Below, one piece after another: positions 22,567 to 31,254 of a DNA stretch of 64,000 bases. Origin of the DNA: an uncultured Gemmatimonadales bacterium (GTDB taxonomy: Bacteria; Gemmatimonadota; Gemmatimonadetes; Gemmatimonadales; GWC2-71-9); NCBI GenBank assembly GCA_963739455.1, contig CAVUAK010000001.1, forward strand, positions 1,815,229 through 1,879,228. The letters are read 5' to 3'. Both the position numbers and the translations under genes were made by a program. The number at the start of each line of letters is the position of its first letter. Within the stretch, counting starts at the first letter, position 1. The notes under the pieces are model-generated. The model ran no database searches. It was not told the DNA's origin and saw only the letters and a program-made list of their open reading frames with translations.

Positions 22567-24498
22567 ATGCCAGCGCCCATTGGTCGCGTCGTTGCCACCG
22601 AGCTCAAGCCCAGCACCCCGCACCAGTTCTACTTCTGGACCGCGACGGAGTCTGAGGTCGGGATCGGTGCGATTGTGCGCGTCGATCACCCGGGGCGAAC
22701 CGTGTACGGCGTGGTTACCGATGGCATGGCCTACGCCGACCTGGCATCGCCGCTTCATGCCGTCATCGGCGCGGAAGGCGACCCCTCCGTTGTGGCGAAC
22801 GAGCCCACCGCCCGCACCGAGGTGCGTCTTTTCCTGGCGGCCGTGCTGCGCCAGGTCCCCGAGGAACCGCTTCAGCCGGTGCCGCTCGGCGCCGTGCACC
22901 TCGCCACCGATGCCGACGTGGAGCTGGCGCTCCGCATGGATGCGTACACCCGCTCCGAGCGGCCCACCGGCATTCCTGTCGGCGTCTACGCCCTGGGAGG
23001 CCATGAGTCGCCGGTGCTCCTCGATGCCGATTTCCTCCTCGGGCCCGAGGCGGCGCACCTCAACATCACCGGCGTGTCGGGCCTGGCCACGAAGACCAGC
23101 GCCGTCGAGTTCCTCCTCTCGAGCATCTTCCAGACCTTCCCGGCGCATCGCGGTTCCATTGCCGCCGTGTGCTTCAACGTGAAGGGTCCCGATCTCTGCT
23201 TCCTCGACCAGCCGGGCGAGATCTCCGAGCGGGATCACGCCCTGTACGACAAGCTGGGACTCGCCGCCGAGCCGCTGACGAAGGCCCGCTATTTCGCGCC
23301 CTTCAAGGCCGACGGCGTCAACCTCAACACCTTGCGGACGCACGAGGCGCTGCAGCACAACACCGAGCCGCTCGTGTGGGGCCTTCGCGAAGTGCTGGAC
23401 TATGCGGAAGTGGTGATGAATCGCGATGACATCGACGCCAAGGCCGATGCCTTTATCGATTTCCTCGGCGAGCGTGTGGTGGGACGCGAGTTCACCGATG
23501 ACCTGCTCCGTGGCAAGCCGTTCAAGGTCGAGAGCTTTGCCGACCTGGAGGAGTTCTTCCGGGCCATCTTCGATTTCATGGAGGCGATGGGCCGGGGTGG
23601 AGAGGTGTGGCGCACGCATCACGTCGCGACCATTCGAAAAGTGCGCAACCGGCTCGGAAACATCAGCACCCGCGCGAAGGGCCTGGTCATCGATGACGGC
23701 GCCCCAAACGACCTGCCGTGGGGCAAGTTCGAGGACCGTACCGTCTACGTGGTAGATGTCGCCGGGGTTGATCCACTGGCCCAGGACCTCGTCTTCGCCC
23801 GGTGCGTCTCCAAGCTGCGGGAGCACCTCGAGCGTCGAGATCTTGGCGTCGACCACGTCGTCGTTTTCGTGGACGAACTGAACAAGTACGCCCCCGCCGA
23901 CGGGCCGGACACCTACGTACGCAAGATGCTGCTCGACCTGGCCGAGCGCGGGCGATACCTCGGCCTCGTCCTGTTCTCGGCGCAGCAGTTCCGTTCGCAG
24001 GTGCAGCGCCGCATTGTTGGCAACGCCGGCACCTCTGTGTTCGGCCGGATGGACATGGACGAGCTGGCGACGCCTGCCTATTCCACACTCTCGCCGGCGA
24101 TCAAGATCAAGCTGGCCACGCTTCCAAAGGGCGAGCTGATGCTCCGTCATCCGCACTTCACCCAGCCAATCTTCGCCCGCTTCCCGCGGCCGGCCATGCT
24201 GAGCGGCCGCGAGGGCGTCGAGCGCTTTCCGCCCGGGGCCGAGTTGCCCTTCGCGGATGCCGTGGCGCGGCAGCTCAGGCAGTTGGATCGTCGCGTGTCG
24301 ACTGACGCTGTGCGCGCGCTGGTGGAGGGTCGCCCTGAGCTTGATGTCCGGCGGGCACTCGCCCTGACACGCCGCACCCGTCCGGACGATGTGCTCGCCT
24401 TCTTCACTGCGAAGCTGGGGCGCCGCATCGGCGGGGAGGTGGTCACGCCGCGGAGCACGGTCCGTCCAGTCGCGAGCGGCGTGGACCCCTATCAGTAG
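22567..24498 (+). CDS. herA: HerA-type (FtsK/HerA superfamily, DUF87) hexameric ATPase/translocase
   Basis: N-terminal barrel-like segment IGRVVATELKPSTPHQFYFW...VRVD, P-loop-like NITGVSGLATKTSAVEFLL and Walker B VVVFVDELNKYAP. The antisense 661-aa ORF is Arg/Gly/His-rich junk. Confidence 0.7.
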   Translation: MPAPIGRVVATELKPSTPHQFYFWTATESEVGIGAIVRVDHPGRTVYGVVTDGMAYADLASPLHAVIGAEGDPSVVANEPTARTEVRLFLAAVLRQVPEEPLQPVPLGAVHLATDADVELALRMDAYTRSERPTGIPVGVYALGGHESPVLLDADFLLGPEAAHLNITGVSGLATKTSAVEFLLSSIFQTFPAHRGSIAAVCFNVKGPDLCFLDQPGEISERDHALYDKLGLAAEPLTKARYFAPFKADGVNLNTLRTHEALQHNTEPLVWGLREVLDYAEVVMNRDDIDAKADAFIDFLGERVVGREFTDDLLRGKPFKVESFADLEEFFRAIFDFMEAMGRGGEVWRTHHVATIRKVRNRLGNISTRAKGLVIDDGAPNDLPWGKFEDRTVYVVDVAGVDPLAQDLVFARCVSKLREHLERRDLGVDHVVVFVDELNKYAPADGPDTYVRKMLLDLAERGRYLGLVLFSAQQFRSQVQRRIVGNAGTSVFGRMDMDELATPAYSTLSPAIKIKLATLPKGELMLRHPHFTQPIFARFPRPAMLSGREGVERFPPGAELPFADAVARQLRQLDRRVSTDAVRALVEGRPELDVRRALALTRRTRPDDVLAFFTAKLGRRIGGEVVTPRSTVRPVASGVDPYQ

Positions 24499-24537
24499 CC
24501 GCTTGCCCCTCGGGGCGCATCGCTCCATTCTCTACTC

Positions 24538-25725
24538 GTGAAACTCGCCCATATCGCGGATTCCCACCTGGGAATCCGTCAGTACCATCGCCAGACCCCC
24601 ACGGGCATCAACCAGCGGGAAGCCGACGTCGCCAACGCCTTCCGCGGCGCCATCGACGACGTCATCGCGCAGCGTCCCGACGTGGTCATCATCGCCGGCG
24701 ATCTTTTCCATTCAGTGCGTCCTACCAATGCCGCGATCGTCTTCGCCTTTCGCCAGTTCCAGCGCCTGCGGGAGGCCCTGGGCCCCGATGTCCCGGTCAT
24801 CATCGTCGCCGGCAACCACGACACGCCCCGCTCCTCCGAAACCGGCAGCATCCTCCGGCTGTTCGAGGAGCTTGGCATTGCGGTCGCGATCGATGAGGCG
24901 CGCCGCTTCGACTTTCCGGCGCTCGACCTGAGCGTGCTGGCGGTGCCGCATCCCGCGCTGCTCGCGCCTGACCCGCCGGAGATGAGGCCCACCGGCTCAG
25001 CCAGGTATCACGTCCTCGCGATTCATGCCGAAGCGCCGGGGCTGCTGCCCGCGGACCGGTCAGGCCTCGAGTATGGTGGCGTGATCGTCACCCCCGAGCA
25101 GATCGGATCCGGGGCCTGGAACTACGTGGCATGGGGCCATTATCACGTGCGTCGGCAGCTCGCGGAGAAAGAGTGGTATTCAGGCTCGCTCGAGTACACC
25201 AGCACGAACATCTGGGGCGAGCGCGCAGAGGAAGAGGCGAACGGCATCGACGCCAAGAGCTGGCTCATGGTGGATGTCGCGACGGGGACCGTGACGCCGC
25301 ACAGCGTCAAGCACGCCCGCCGCGTAATCGACCTCCCGCCGATCTATGCCGACGGGCTCGGCGCGCCCGAGCTGGATGCGGCGATCGCCGACCGGGTTGA
25401 GTCCGTCCCTGACGGAATCGCGCAGCAGATCGTGCGGCTCGTAGTGTTCGACGTGCCTCGCACCGTGGCGCGGGAACTGAACCACGCACAGATCCGGGCC
25501 TGGAAGGCGGCCGCATTGCACTTCCATCTCGACCTGCGGCGGCCGGTGCGCAACCGGGCCACGGGTGTCGGTGCGCCGGGCCGGCGGCAGACCCTGCCCG
25601 AGGTGGTACGTGACTGGCTCAGCGATCGCGTCCTGCCGGGTGAGATCGATCGCGAGCGCTTCGTTGCGCGCGGCGTGGAGCTGGTGGAGCAGGCCGAGAC
25701 CGACGGTGGGGATGTCGTCGCATGA
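24538..25725 (+). CDS. Mre11/SbcD-family nuclease
   Basis: Phosphoesterase motifs in order: HIADSHLG, IIAGDLFH, VAGNHDTP, LAIHAE, WGHYH. Confidence 0.85.
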   Translation: MKLAHIADSHLGIRQYHRQTPTGINQREADVANAFRGAIDDVIAQRPDVVIIAGDLFHSVRPTNAAIVFAFRQFQRLREALGPDVPVIIVAGNHDTPRSSETGSILRLFEELGIAVAIDEARRFDFPALDLSVLAVPHPALLAPDPPEMRPTGSARYHVLAIHAEAPGLLPADRSGLEYGGVIVTPEQIGSGAWNYVAWGHYHVRRQLAEKEWYSGSLEYTSTNIWGERAEEEANGIDAKSWLMVDVATGTVTPHSVKHARRVIDLPPIYADGLGAPELDAAIADRVESVPDGIAQQIVRLVVFDVPRTVARELNHAQIRAWKAAALHFHLDLRRPVRNRATGVGAPGRRQTLPEVVRDWLSDRVLPGEIDRERFVARGVELVEQAETDGGDVVA

Positions 25726-28145
25726 TCATCCACCGCCTGCGACTGGTGAACTTCCGGCAGCATGAGAACACCGAGATCGAGTTCGGCAACGGATTGACCG
25801 GCATTGTCGGCCCCAACGGCGCGGGCAAGACGACGCTGCTCGAGGCCATTGCCTGGGCGATGTACGGCATGCCGGCGGCACGCGGCACCAGGGAGAGCAT
25901 CAAGCGCCGAGGTGCCCCGCCGCGCGCCAGCGTCGAGGTCGAACTGGTGTTCTCGCTGGGAGCACATCGCTATCGCGTCGTGCGGAAGATGGGCAGCGCG
26001 GAGCTCTATCTCGACGCCTCGGACGCACCGATTGCCACCGGCATCGGGCCGGTCACCGACCGGGTCACGCGGCTCATGGGCATGCGGCGCGACGAGTTCT
26101 TCAACACCTACTTCACGGGGCAGAAGGAACTCGCGGTCATGTCGGCGATGAAGCCGACCGAGCGGGCGCAGTTCCTCTCACGCGTCCTGGGTTACGAGCG
26201 GCTTCGAGTAGGGCAGGATCGCCTGCGCAACGAGAAGACTGCGCTGCGCGCACGGCTCGATACGCTGCGGAGCGGGCTGCCGGACCCGGTCGCGTTGCAG
26301 GAAGCGGTCGCGGCCACCACCGAGCGATGCAACGCGACCGAGAAGCTGGTGACTGCCGCTCGCGAGCAGGTACAGAAGGCGGATCGCCGCCACGCGGAGC
26401 TCGGCCCGCAGTGGGCGGCGGCGCAGAAGCAGCGCGAGGCGGCGACGGCGCTCGATTCCGAGCTGCGCCTGGCTCAGCGCGACGTGGAGACGACGGGCCG
26501 GGAGGTGGCGCGGGTTACAGTCGAGCTGCAGGCGGCGACGGTGGCGGCCGCCCGAGTAGCCGAACTGGGAACGCTGCTCACGCTGCTTCCTGCCCTCCGC
26601 GAGGAAGCGGCGTCGCTCACCAGGGATGCGGAGGGCAACAATCGGCGCGCGGCCAAGGGGGCCGAACGGAAGGAGATCGTGCGCCGGCGGAAGGAACTGG
26701 CGAAGCTGCTGGACAAGGCGCCGAGCGAGACACAGCTCGAGAATGCAACGGTTGCCCTGAACACGGTGCGGGAAGCACGCGACTTCACGTTGCGGTCCCT
26801 CGAGGCGCGGCGCACCCTCTGGGTCCAGGACACGCAGGAAGCCAAGACCAAGCGCGAAGGCCTGCGCGACCAGTACAAGGACCTGGCGGAGCAGCGGAAG
26901 CAGATCGTGAGCGCCGGTGTGGAGGGGGCGTGCCCGACCTGCGGCCGCCCGCTCCGCAAGGAATATGAATCAGTGCTCGGGGTACTCGACCGTCAGGCTG
27001 AGGAAGTGAAGTTCAACGGCAGCTTCTATAACCAGCGCTTGGAGCAGCTCAAGGATGCGCCGGCAGAGGTGAAGCAGCTCGAAGAGCAGCTGCAGGAGCT
27101 CGAGCGCAAGCTGCAGGCGGCGGTGCAGGCCGGTGCGAGCCTCGCGGCGGCTGTCACGGAATCCACCAAGCAGCGGACCGAGGTCGCCCAGCTGGACAAG
27201 CGACTCAGTGCAATCGAGGCAGATCTGGCCGAGTTGCCCGGCGTGGTGTACGATCAGGAAAGACATGCCCACGTACAGGCGGAGCTCAAGCGCCTCGAGC
27301 CGCTGAACCTCGAACTCGAGCGGCATCGCGTCGGCGCGGAGAAGCTGGCGGGCCTGCAGGACGCGGCCGCAACCGCAGAGACCTCCCGGGTTGCGGCCCA
27401 GGCGCGGGAAGCCAAGGTGCGGGTGTCGCTGGCGGAGCTTGGATTCAGCGAGGAGGGCTACCGCGACCTGGAGGAGTCGTGGGGCGGCGCGGAAAAGGCG
27501 CGCCAGGATGCGGCGCTGGCAATGATCCGGGTGCAGGGCGACATGCAGTCGGCCGTCACGGCGAGGGCGCAGGCGTTGCGGCAGGTCGAGGAGCGGTCCA
27601 GGCGGGCGAAGGAAGCTGACGACGTGGCCCTGCAGCTCCGCACCAACCAGGAGCTCGATGCCGCCCTCGGCGACCTGCGCGACGAGCTGAATGCGGCGCT
27701 GCGTCCCGATCTCTCCGACCTGGCATCAGTGTTCCTGCGCGACCTCACCAATGGCCGCTACTCGGAACTGGAGCTCGATGAGGACTACAAGACGGCGCTG
27801 CTCGACGAGGGCGAACCCAAGGGCGTCATTTCCGGGGGCGAAGAGGATGTCGCCAACCTGGCGCTGCGCCTGGCCATCAGCCAGATGATCGCCGAGCGCG
27901 CGGGACAGCCGCTGTCGCTGCTCATCCTCGATGAGATCTTCGGGTCGCTGGATGAGGACCATCGCGCCTCGGTGGTCGAGCTGCTGCGCAACCTCGCGGA
28001 CCGGTTCCCCCAGGTCATCCTCATCACGCACATCGACTCGGTGCGTGACGGCTTCGATCGCATTGTTCGCGTCACCTTCGACCAGCGCCGCGGTGCTTCC
28101 ATGGTGGCCGACGAACAGCTTGAGGGACATGATGTGGCGGCCTGA
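25722..28145 (+). CDS. Rad50/SbcC-family SMC-like ATPase with zinc hook
   Basis: Walker A GPNGAGKTTLLEA, long coiled coil, hook CPTCGRPL near the middle, signature SGGEEDVANLALRLA, Walker B LLILDEIFGSLD and H-loop ILITH. ATGA overlap with mre11. Confidence 0.9.
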   Translation: MIIHRLRLVNFRQHENTEIEFGNGLTGIVGPNGAGKTTLLEAIAWAMYGMPAARGTRESIKRRGAPPRASVEVELVFSLGAHRYRVVRKMGSAELYLDASDAPIATGIGPVTDRVTRLMGMRRDEFFNTYFTGQKELAVMSAMKPTERAQFLSRVLGYERLRVGQDRLRNEKTALRARLDTLRSGLPDPVALQEAVAATTERCNATEKLVTAAREQVQKADRRHAELGPQWAAAQKQREAATALDSELRLAQRDVETTGREVARVTVELQAATVAAARVAELGTLLTLLPALREEAASLTRDAEGNNRRAAKGAERKEIVRRRKELAKLLDKAPSETQLENATVALNTVREARDFTLRSLEARRTLWVQDTQEAKTKREGLRDQYKDLAEQRKQIVSAGVEGACPTCGRPLRKEYESVLGVLDRQAEEVKFNGSFYNQRLEQLKDAPAEVKQLEEQLQELERKLQAAVQAGASLAAAVTESTKQRTEVAQLDKRLSAIEADLAELPGVVYDQERHAHVQAELKRLEPLNLELERHRVGAEKLAGLQDAAATAETSRVAAQAREAKVRVSLAELGFSEEGYRDLEESWGGAEKARQDAALAMIRVQGDMQSAVTARAQALRQVEERSRRAKEADDVALQLRTNQELDAALGDLRDELNAALRPDLSDLASVFLRDLTNGRYSELELDEDYKTALLDEGEPKGVISGGEEDVANLALRLAISQMIAERAGQPLSLLILDEIFGSLDEDHRASVVELLRNLADRFPQVILITHIDSVRDGFDRIVRVTFDQRRGASMVADEQLEGHDVAA

Positions 28146-29082
28146 CCGGAGCGTTCACGGCCCGGACCGGGGAACGGTCGACGACGTCGAGCCGCTCAAC
28201 CGGCTCTTCACCGAGGCATTCACCGATCGGTATGCTCGAGACGGGCTCACGGGTGTGCGCGTGCCGCCACTCACGCCGGCGGTGTGGCGCTATGCCGTGG
28301 AGGATGCCGCCGAGGGCGCGATGCTCTGGCGCGATTCGGATGGCCAGCTGGCGGCGTTCAACATGGTGCACCAGTCAGGCACCGAGGGATGGATGGGGCC
28401 CATTGCAGTGCGGCCGGACCGGCAGGGCGCCGGCGTTGGCCGCGCCGTCGTGCAGGCCGGCGTCGACCTCCTGCGATCGCGCGGGGCCACCACGATCGGC
28501 CTCGAGACGATGCCACGCACCACGGACAACATCGGGTTCTACGGCACGCTGGGGTTCGTGCCGCGCCACCTCACGATCACGCTCCTGCGCGATGCCGTGC
28601 GCGCGGTCGCGCGTGACGCATCACGGCTTTCTGCCGGTGACATCGCTGCCGGGGTGGCGGAGTGCGCGGAACTCACGTCGCTCGTGGCACCGGGCATCGA
28701 TTTCACCAGGGAGCTGGTGCTGACGCACGAAATGGGGCTGGGGGACACCACGATGGTGCGCCGGAGTGGCCGACTCGTGGCCTTCGCGCTCTGGCAGTCC
28801 ACGCCACTCGCGGCCGGACGCCCGCGCGATGAACAACGCGTGCTGAAACTGGTGGCGACAGATGCCGCGGCATTTGAGCGTCTCGTCGACGGGCTTCAGG
28901 CGGACGCCATCGCGTCACGCCTCCGCCGGGTGGCGATCCGCTGCCAGACGGCCATGAGCGGTACCTACGAGCACCTGACGCGTCGGGGCTTTCGCGTGCA
29001 CTGGACTGACTTGCGGATGACGCTTCCCGATGCCCCCGAGCCGGAGACGAACGGGATTCTCATGTCGAACTGGGAGATATAG
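28129..29082 (+). CDS. GNAT-family N-acetyltransferase with extra C-terminal domain
   Basis: Acetyl-CoA motif IAVRPDRQGAGVGRAVV. ATG 28129 overlaps the rad50 3' end by 17 nt. Confidence 0.75.
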   Translation: MMWRPDRSVHGPDRGTVDDVEPLNRLFTEAFTDRYARDGLTGVRVPPLTPAVWRYAVEDAAEGAMLWRDSDGQLAAFNMVHQSGTEGWMGPIAVRPDRQGAGVGRAVVQAGVDLLRSRGATTIGLETMPRTTDNIGFYGTLGFVPRHLTITLLRDAVRAVARDASRLSAGDIAAGVAECAELTSLVAPGIDFTRELVLTHEMGLGDTTMVRRSGRLVAFALWQSTPLAAGRPRDEQRVLKLVATDAAAFERLVDGLQADAIASRLRRVAIRCQTAMSGTYEHLTRRGFRVHWTDLRMTLPDAPEPETNGILMSNWEI

Positions 29083-29230
29083 GGCGCAGCACCAGCCAGC
29101 GCACGAGCAGCAGGATGCCCACGGCATACAACCCGTGCGGCAATCCACTCGGCACCTGTCGCACGAAGATGAGGAATGCCCAGGCAATGAGGGCTACGAT
29201 CGCTACGGCAAGCGACAGCTTGGGCGTCAT
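29060..29230 (-). CDS. possible small two-helix membrane protein (56 aa)
   Basis: My own translation, since it is below the track cutoff: MTPKLSLAVAIVALIAWAFLIFVRQVPSGLPHGLYAVGILLLVRWLVLRPISPSST. Overlaps the GNAT 3' end. No homology recognised. Confidence 0.3.
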   Translation of the reverse strand: MTPKLSLAVAIVALIAWAFLIFVRQVPSGLPHGLYAVGILLLVRWLVLRPISPSST

Positions 29231-29289
29231 GCGGATTGGTTCCTGTGTTGACGGTCTGACTGCCGTGTCCTAAGTTAGTTGTGTCGGTG

Positions 29290-29479
29290 GCGGGGATCTA
29301 CGTTATCGAGCCGATAAGTTAGGCCCAGGGCCCAGATATTGTGGCTGCTGCCATGCCCCTCGGGGGAAGACAAAAGCCATGACGAGGGTGCCGAGCATTC
29401 CGGTTGGGCTTCAGTAACCCTCTCCGTCGCCGTTTCTTCAGGTAAGCGCCGACTCCAAGCGGGTCGGCGCTTGCTTTTC
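29290..29479 (+). ncRNA. candidate structured leader (riboswitch/attenuator-like) or small RNA ending in an intrinsic terminator
   Basis: Largest non-coding stretch of the window. Nested helices are readable: TATCG/CGATA 29303-29315, CCCC-UCG-GGGG 29356-29366, GAGGG 29384-29388 pairing with CCCUC 29418-29422, GAAG..GCC pairing with GGCUUC. No Rfam family recognised by eye. Confidence 0.35.
29445..29479 (+). terminator. rho-independent terminator
   Basis: AGCGCCGAC-9 nt-GUCGGCGCU followed by UGCUUUUC. U-rich only on the plus strand. Lies 59 nt upstream of the PTPS start. Confidence 0.6.
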
Positions 29480-29537
29480 GCGCAACTTCGCGGGCACCAC
29501 GGGGTGCCTCATGCATACCTAACGCCGGGGCTGCTCC

Positions 29538-29951
29538 ATGCCGAGATGCCGCGTGACGCGTCGTGTGCACTTCAATGCCGCTCACCGCCTGAACAATCCT
29601 GCCCGGACCGAAGCCTGGAATGCGGCCACGTTCGGCGCATGTAACAATCCAAACTTCCACGGCCACAACTACGAGCTGGACATCAGCGTCGAGGGCGAGG
29701 TCAACCCCGACTCCGGCTATGTGCTCGACCTGAACACGCTCAAGCAGGTGGCGGAGGACCGTGTTCTGCGGCACCTCGACCACAAGAACCTCAATCTGGA
29801 CGTAGCCTGGTTTGCTGAGCTCAACCCGACGTCCGAGAATCTGGCCGTCGTGATCTGGCGCGAGCTGCGTGGCGCCGTGCCCGACGACCTGGCGCTCAGC
29901 GTTCGTCTCTGGGAAACCCCGAGGAACTATGTCGACTACGCCGGCGCCTGA
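29538..29951 (+). CDS. 6-pyruvoyl-tetrahydropterin synthase family protein with C-x5-HGH motif (PTPS-II/III type rather than QueD type)
   Basis: VHFNAAHRL and [16 protein letters not shown]; the mammalian PTPS motif, as I recall it, is CNNPNGHGHNY. Confidence 0.8.
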   Translation: MPRCRVTRRVHFNAAHRLNNPARTEAWNAATFGACNNPNFHGHNYELDISVEGEVNPDSGYVLDLNTLKQVAEDRVLRHLDHKNLNLDVAWFAELNPTSENLAVVIWRELRGAVPDDLALSVRLWETPRNYVDYAGA

Positions 29952-30513
29952 CCTCACGATTGCCCCGCACGTCCGCGCCATTCTCGCGGAACTGGGTGAA
30001 GACCCGGATCGCGAGGGTCTGCTGAAGACGCCCGAACGCGTCGACAAGTCATATCGCTTCCTCACGCGGGGCTATTCGCAGACCCTCGACGAGGTGATTG
30101 GCGATGCATTGTTCGAGGAAGCGCACGAGAGCATGATCCTGGTGAAGGACATCGAGTTCTACTCGCTGTGCGAGCACCATATGCTGCCGTTCTTTGGTCG
30201 CGCGCATGTCGCATATATCCCGCATGGACGGATCATGGGCCTCTCCAAGGCCGCCCGGATCGTGGACATGTTTGCGCGCCGGCTGCAGGTGCAGGAGCGG
30301 CTCACCGACCAGATCGCTGACGCGATCATGAACGCGCTGCAGCCGCGGGGTGTTGGTGTGGTGATCGAGGCATCGCACCTCTGCATGATGATGCGCGGCG
30401 TCGAGAAGCAGAGTTCCCGCACCGTCACGAGTGCGCTGCGCGGGATCTTCCGCGACGACCAGCGCACGCGCAACGAGTTCCTGCGCCTGGCGCACGCGCC
30501 CGGACACGAGTGA
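29929..30513 (+). CDS. folE: GTP cyclohydrolase I (FolE type IA)
   Basis: [12 protein letters not shown] and [24 protein letters not shown] 29929 lies within track ORF 29869..30513. Confidence 0.9.
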   Translation: MSTTPAPDLTIAPHVRAILAELGEDPDREGLLKTPERVDKSYRFLTRGYSQTLDEVIGDALFEEAHESMILVKDIEFYSLCEHHMLPFFGRAHVAYIPHGRIMGLSKAARIVDMFARRLQVQERLTDQIADAIMNALQPRGVGVVIEASHLCMMMRGVEKQSSRTVTSALRGIFRDDQRTRNEFLRLAHAPGHE

Positions 30514-31205
30514 CGGACCTCGAGGGACAGGTCGCGGTCGTCACCGGCGCTTCCCGCGGGATCGGCGCCGCCACCGCGACAGTGCTCGCGAATGCCGGGG
30601 CCCGCGTCGTCCGAATCGCGCGATCCCTCCCGAAGGTCCAGCCTGACCGGTTCATCGACTTCCCCTGCGACCTCACCGACCTCGCCGCCTGGCAGGCCAC
30701 CTCGAGGCGAATCCTCGCCGAGGTGGGCGTGCCTTCGATTGTCGTGAGCAACGCCGGCGCGTTCGTCTTGAAGCTGCTGCACGAGACGTCCCAGGAAGAT
30801 TTCGACGCGCAGCTGGACATCAACCTCCGTGCCCCGTTTGCCGTGGCGCACGCGTTGCTGCCCGGCATGCGCGCCGCGGGCCGGGGCACCTTCATTCACG
30901 TCGGCAGCGTTGCCGATCACACCGCATACCCCGAGAATGCGGCGTACGCGGCCTCGAAGTACGGGCTGCGTGGGCTGCACGAGGTGCTGGTCGCCGAGTA
31001 CCGTGGCACCGGAGTGCGGCTTTCGCTCGTTTCGCCGGGCCCGACCGACACGTCGGTGTGGGACCCGGTCGATCCCGATCACCAGCCGCACCTGCCCAAT
31101 CGGGCCAGCATGCTTCGACCCGCCGATGTCGCCGAGGCGGTACTGTTCCTCGCGACCCGCCCCGCGCACGTCCACGTCGATTGGCTCCGCCTTGGTCCAG
31201 TCTAG
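30510..31205 (+). CDS. short-chain dehydrogenase/reductase (candidate sepiapterin/pteridine reductase)
   Basis: [12 protein letters not shown] and [10 protein letters not shown] (YxxxK). GTGA overlap with folE. Confidence 0.8.
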   Translation: MTDLEGQVAVVTGASRGIGAATATVLANAGARVVRIARSLPKVQPDRFIDFPCDLTDLAAWQATSRRILAEVGVPSIVVSNAGAFVLKLLHETSQEDFDAQLDINLRAPFAVAHALLPGMRAAGRGTFIHVGSVADHTAYPENAAYAASKYGLRGLHEVLVAEYRGTGVRLSLVSPGPTDTSVWDPVDPDHQPHLPNRASMLRPADVAEAVLFLATRPAHVHVDWLRLGPV

Positions 31206-31210
31206 GACCC

Positions 31211-31234
31211 GAGGACGTGAGGACGTGAAGAAAC
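31211..31234. repeat. tandem octamers GAGGACGT GAGGACGT GAAGAAAC
   Basis: Read directly in the SDR/M23 intergenic spacer. Confidence 0.7.
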
Positions 31235-31254
31235 AACCTTCAAGAGGTCCTGTG

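Noticed and set aside
22543-24528. 661-aa minus-strand ORF antisense to herA
   Set aside because: Arg/Gly/His/Glu-rich low-complexity translation with no motifs. The plus-strand frame carries Walker-type motifs and fits the nurA/mre11/rad50 context. This is a typical long shadow ORF of high-GC DNA.
29291-29330. tmRNA/SRP/6S/RNase P identity for the 29.3-kb non-coding element
   Set aside because: The GGGGAUCUACG start superficially resembles a tmRNA 5' end. But there is no tag ORF and no T-arm/CCA-proximal GGUUCGAAUCC. The SRP GGAA-tetraloop AGCAGC motif and the RNase P GAGGAAAGUCC box are absent. The size is wrong for tmRNA and RNase P.
29319-31175. Minus-strand ORFs 29319..30065 (248 aa) and 30159..31175 (338 aa)
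   Set aside because: They are antisense to the PTPS, folE and SDR genes, all of which show catalytic motifs. No motifs occur in the minus frames.
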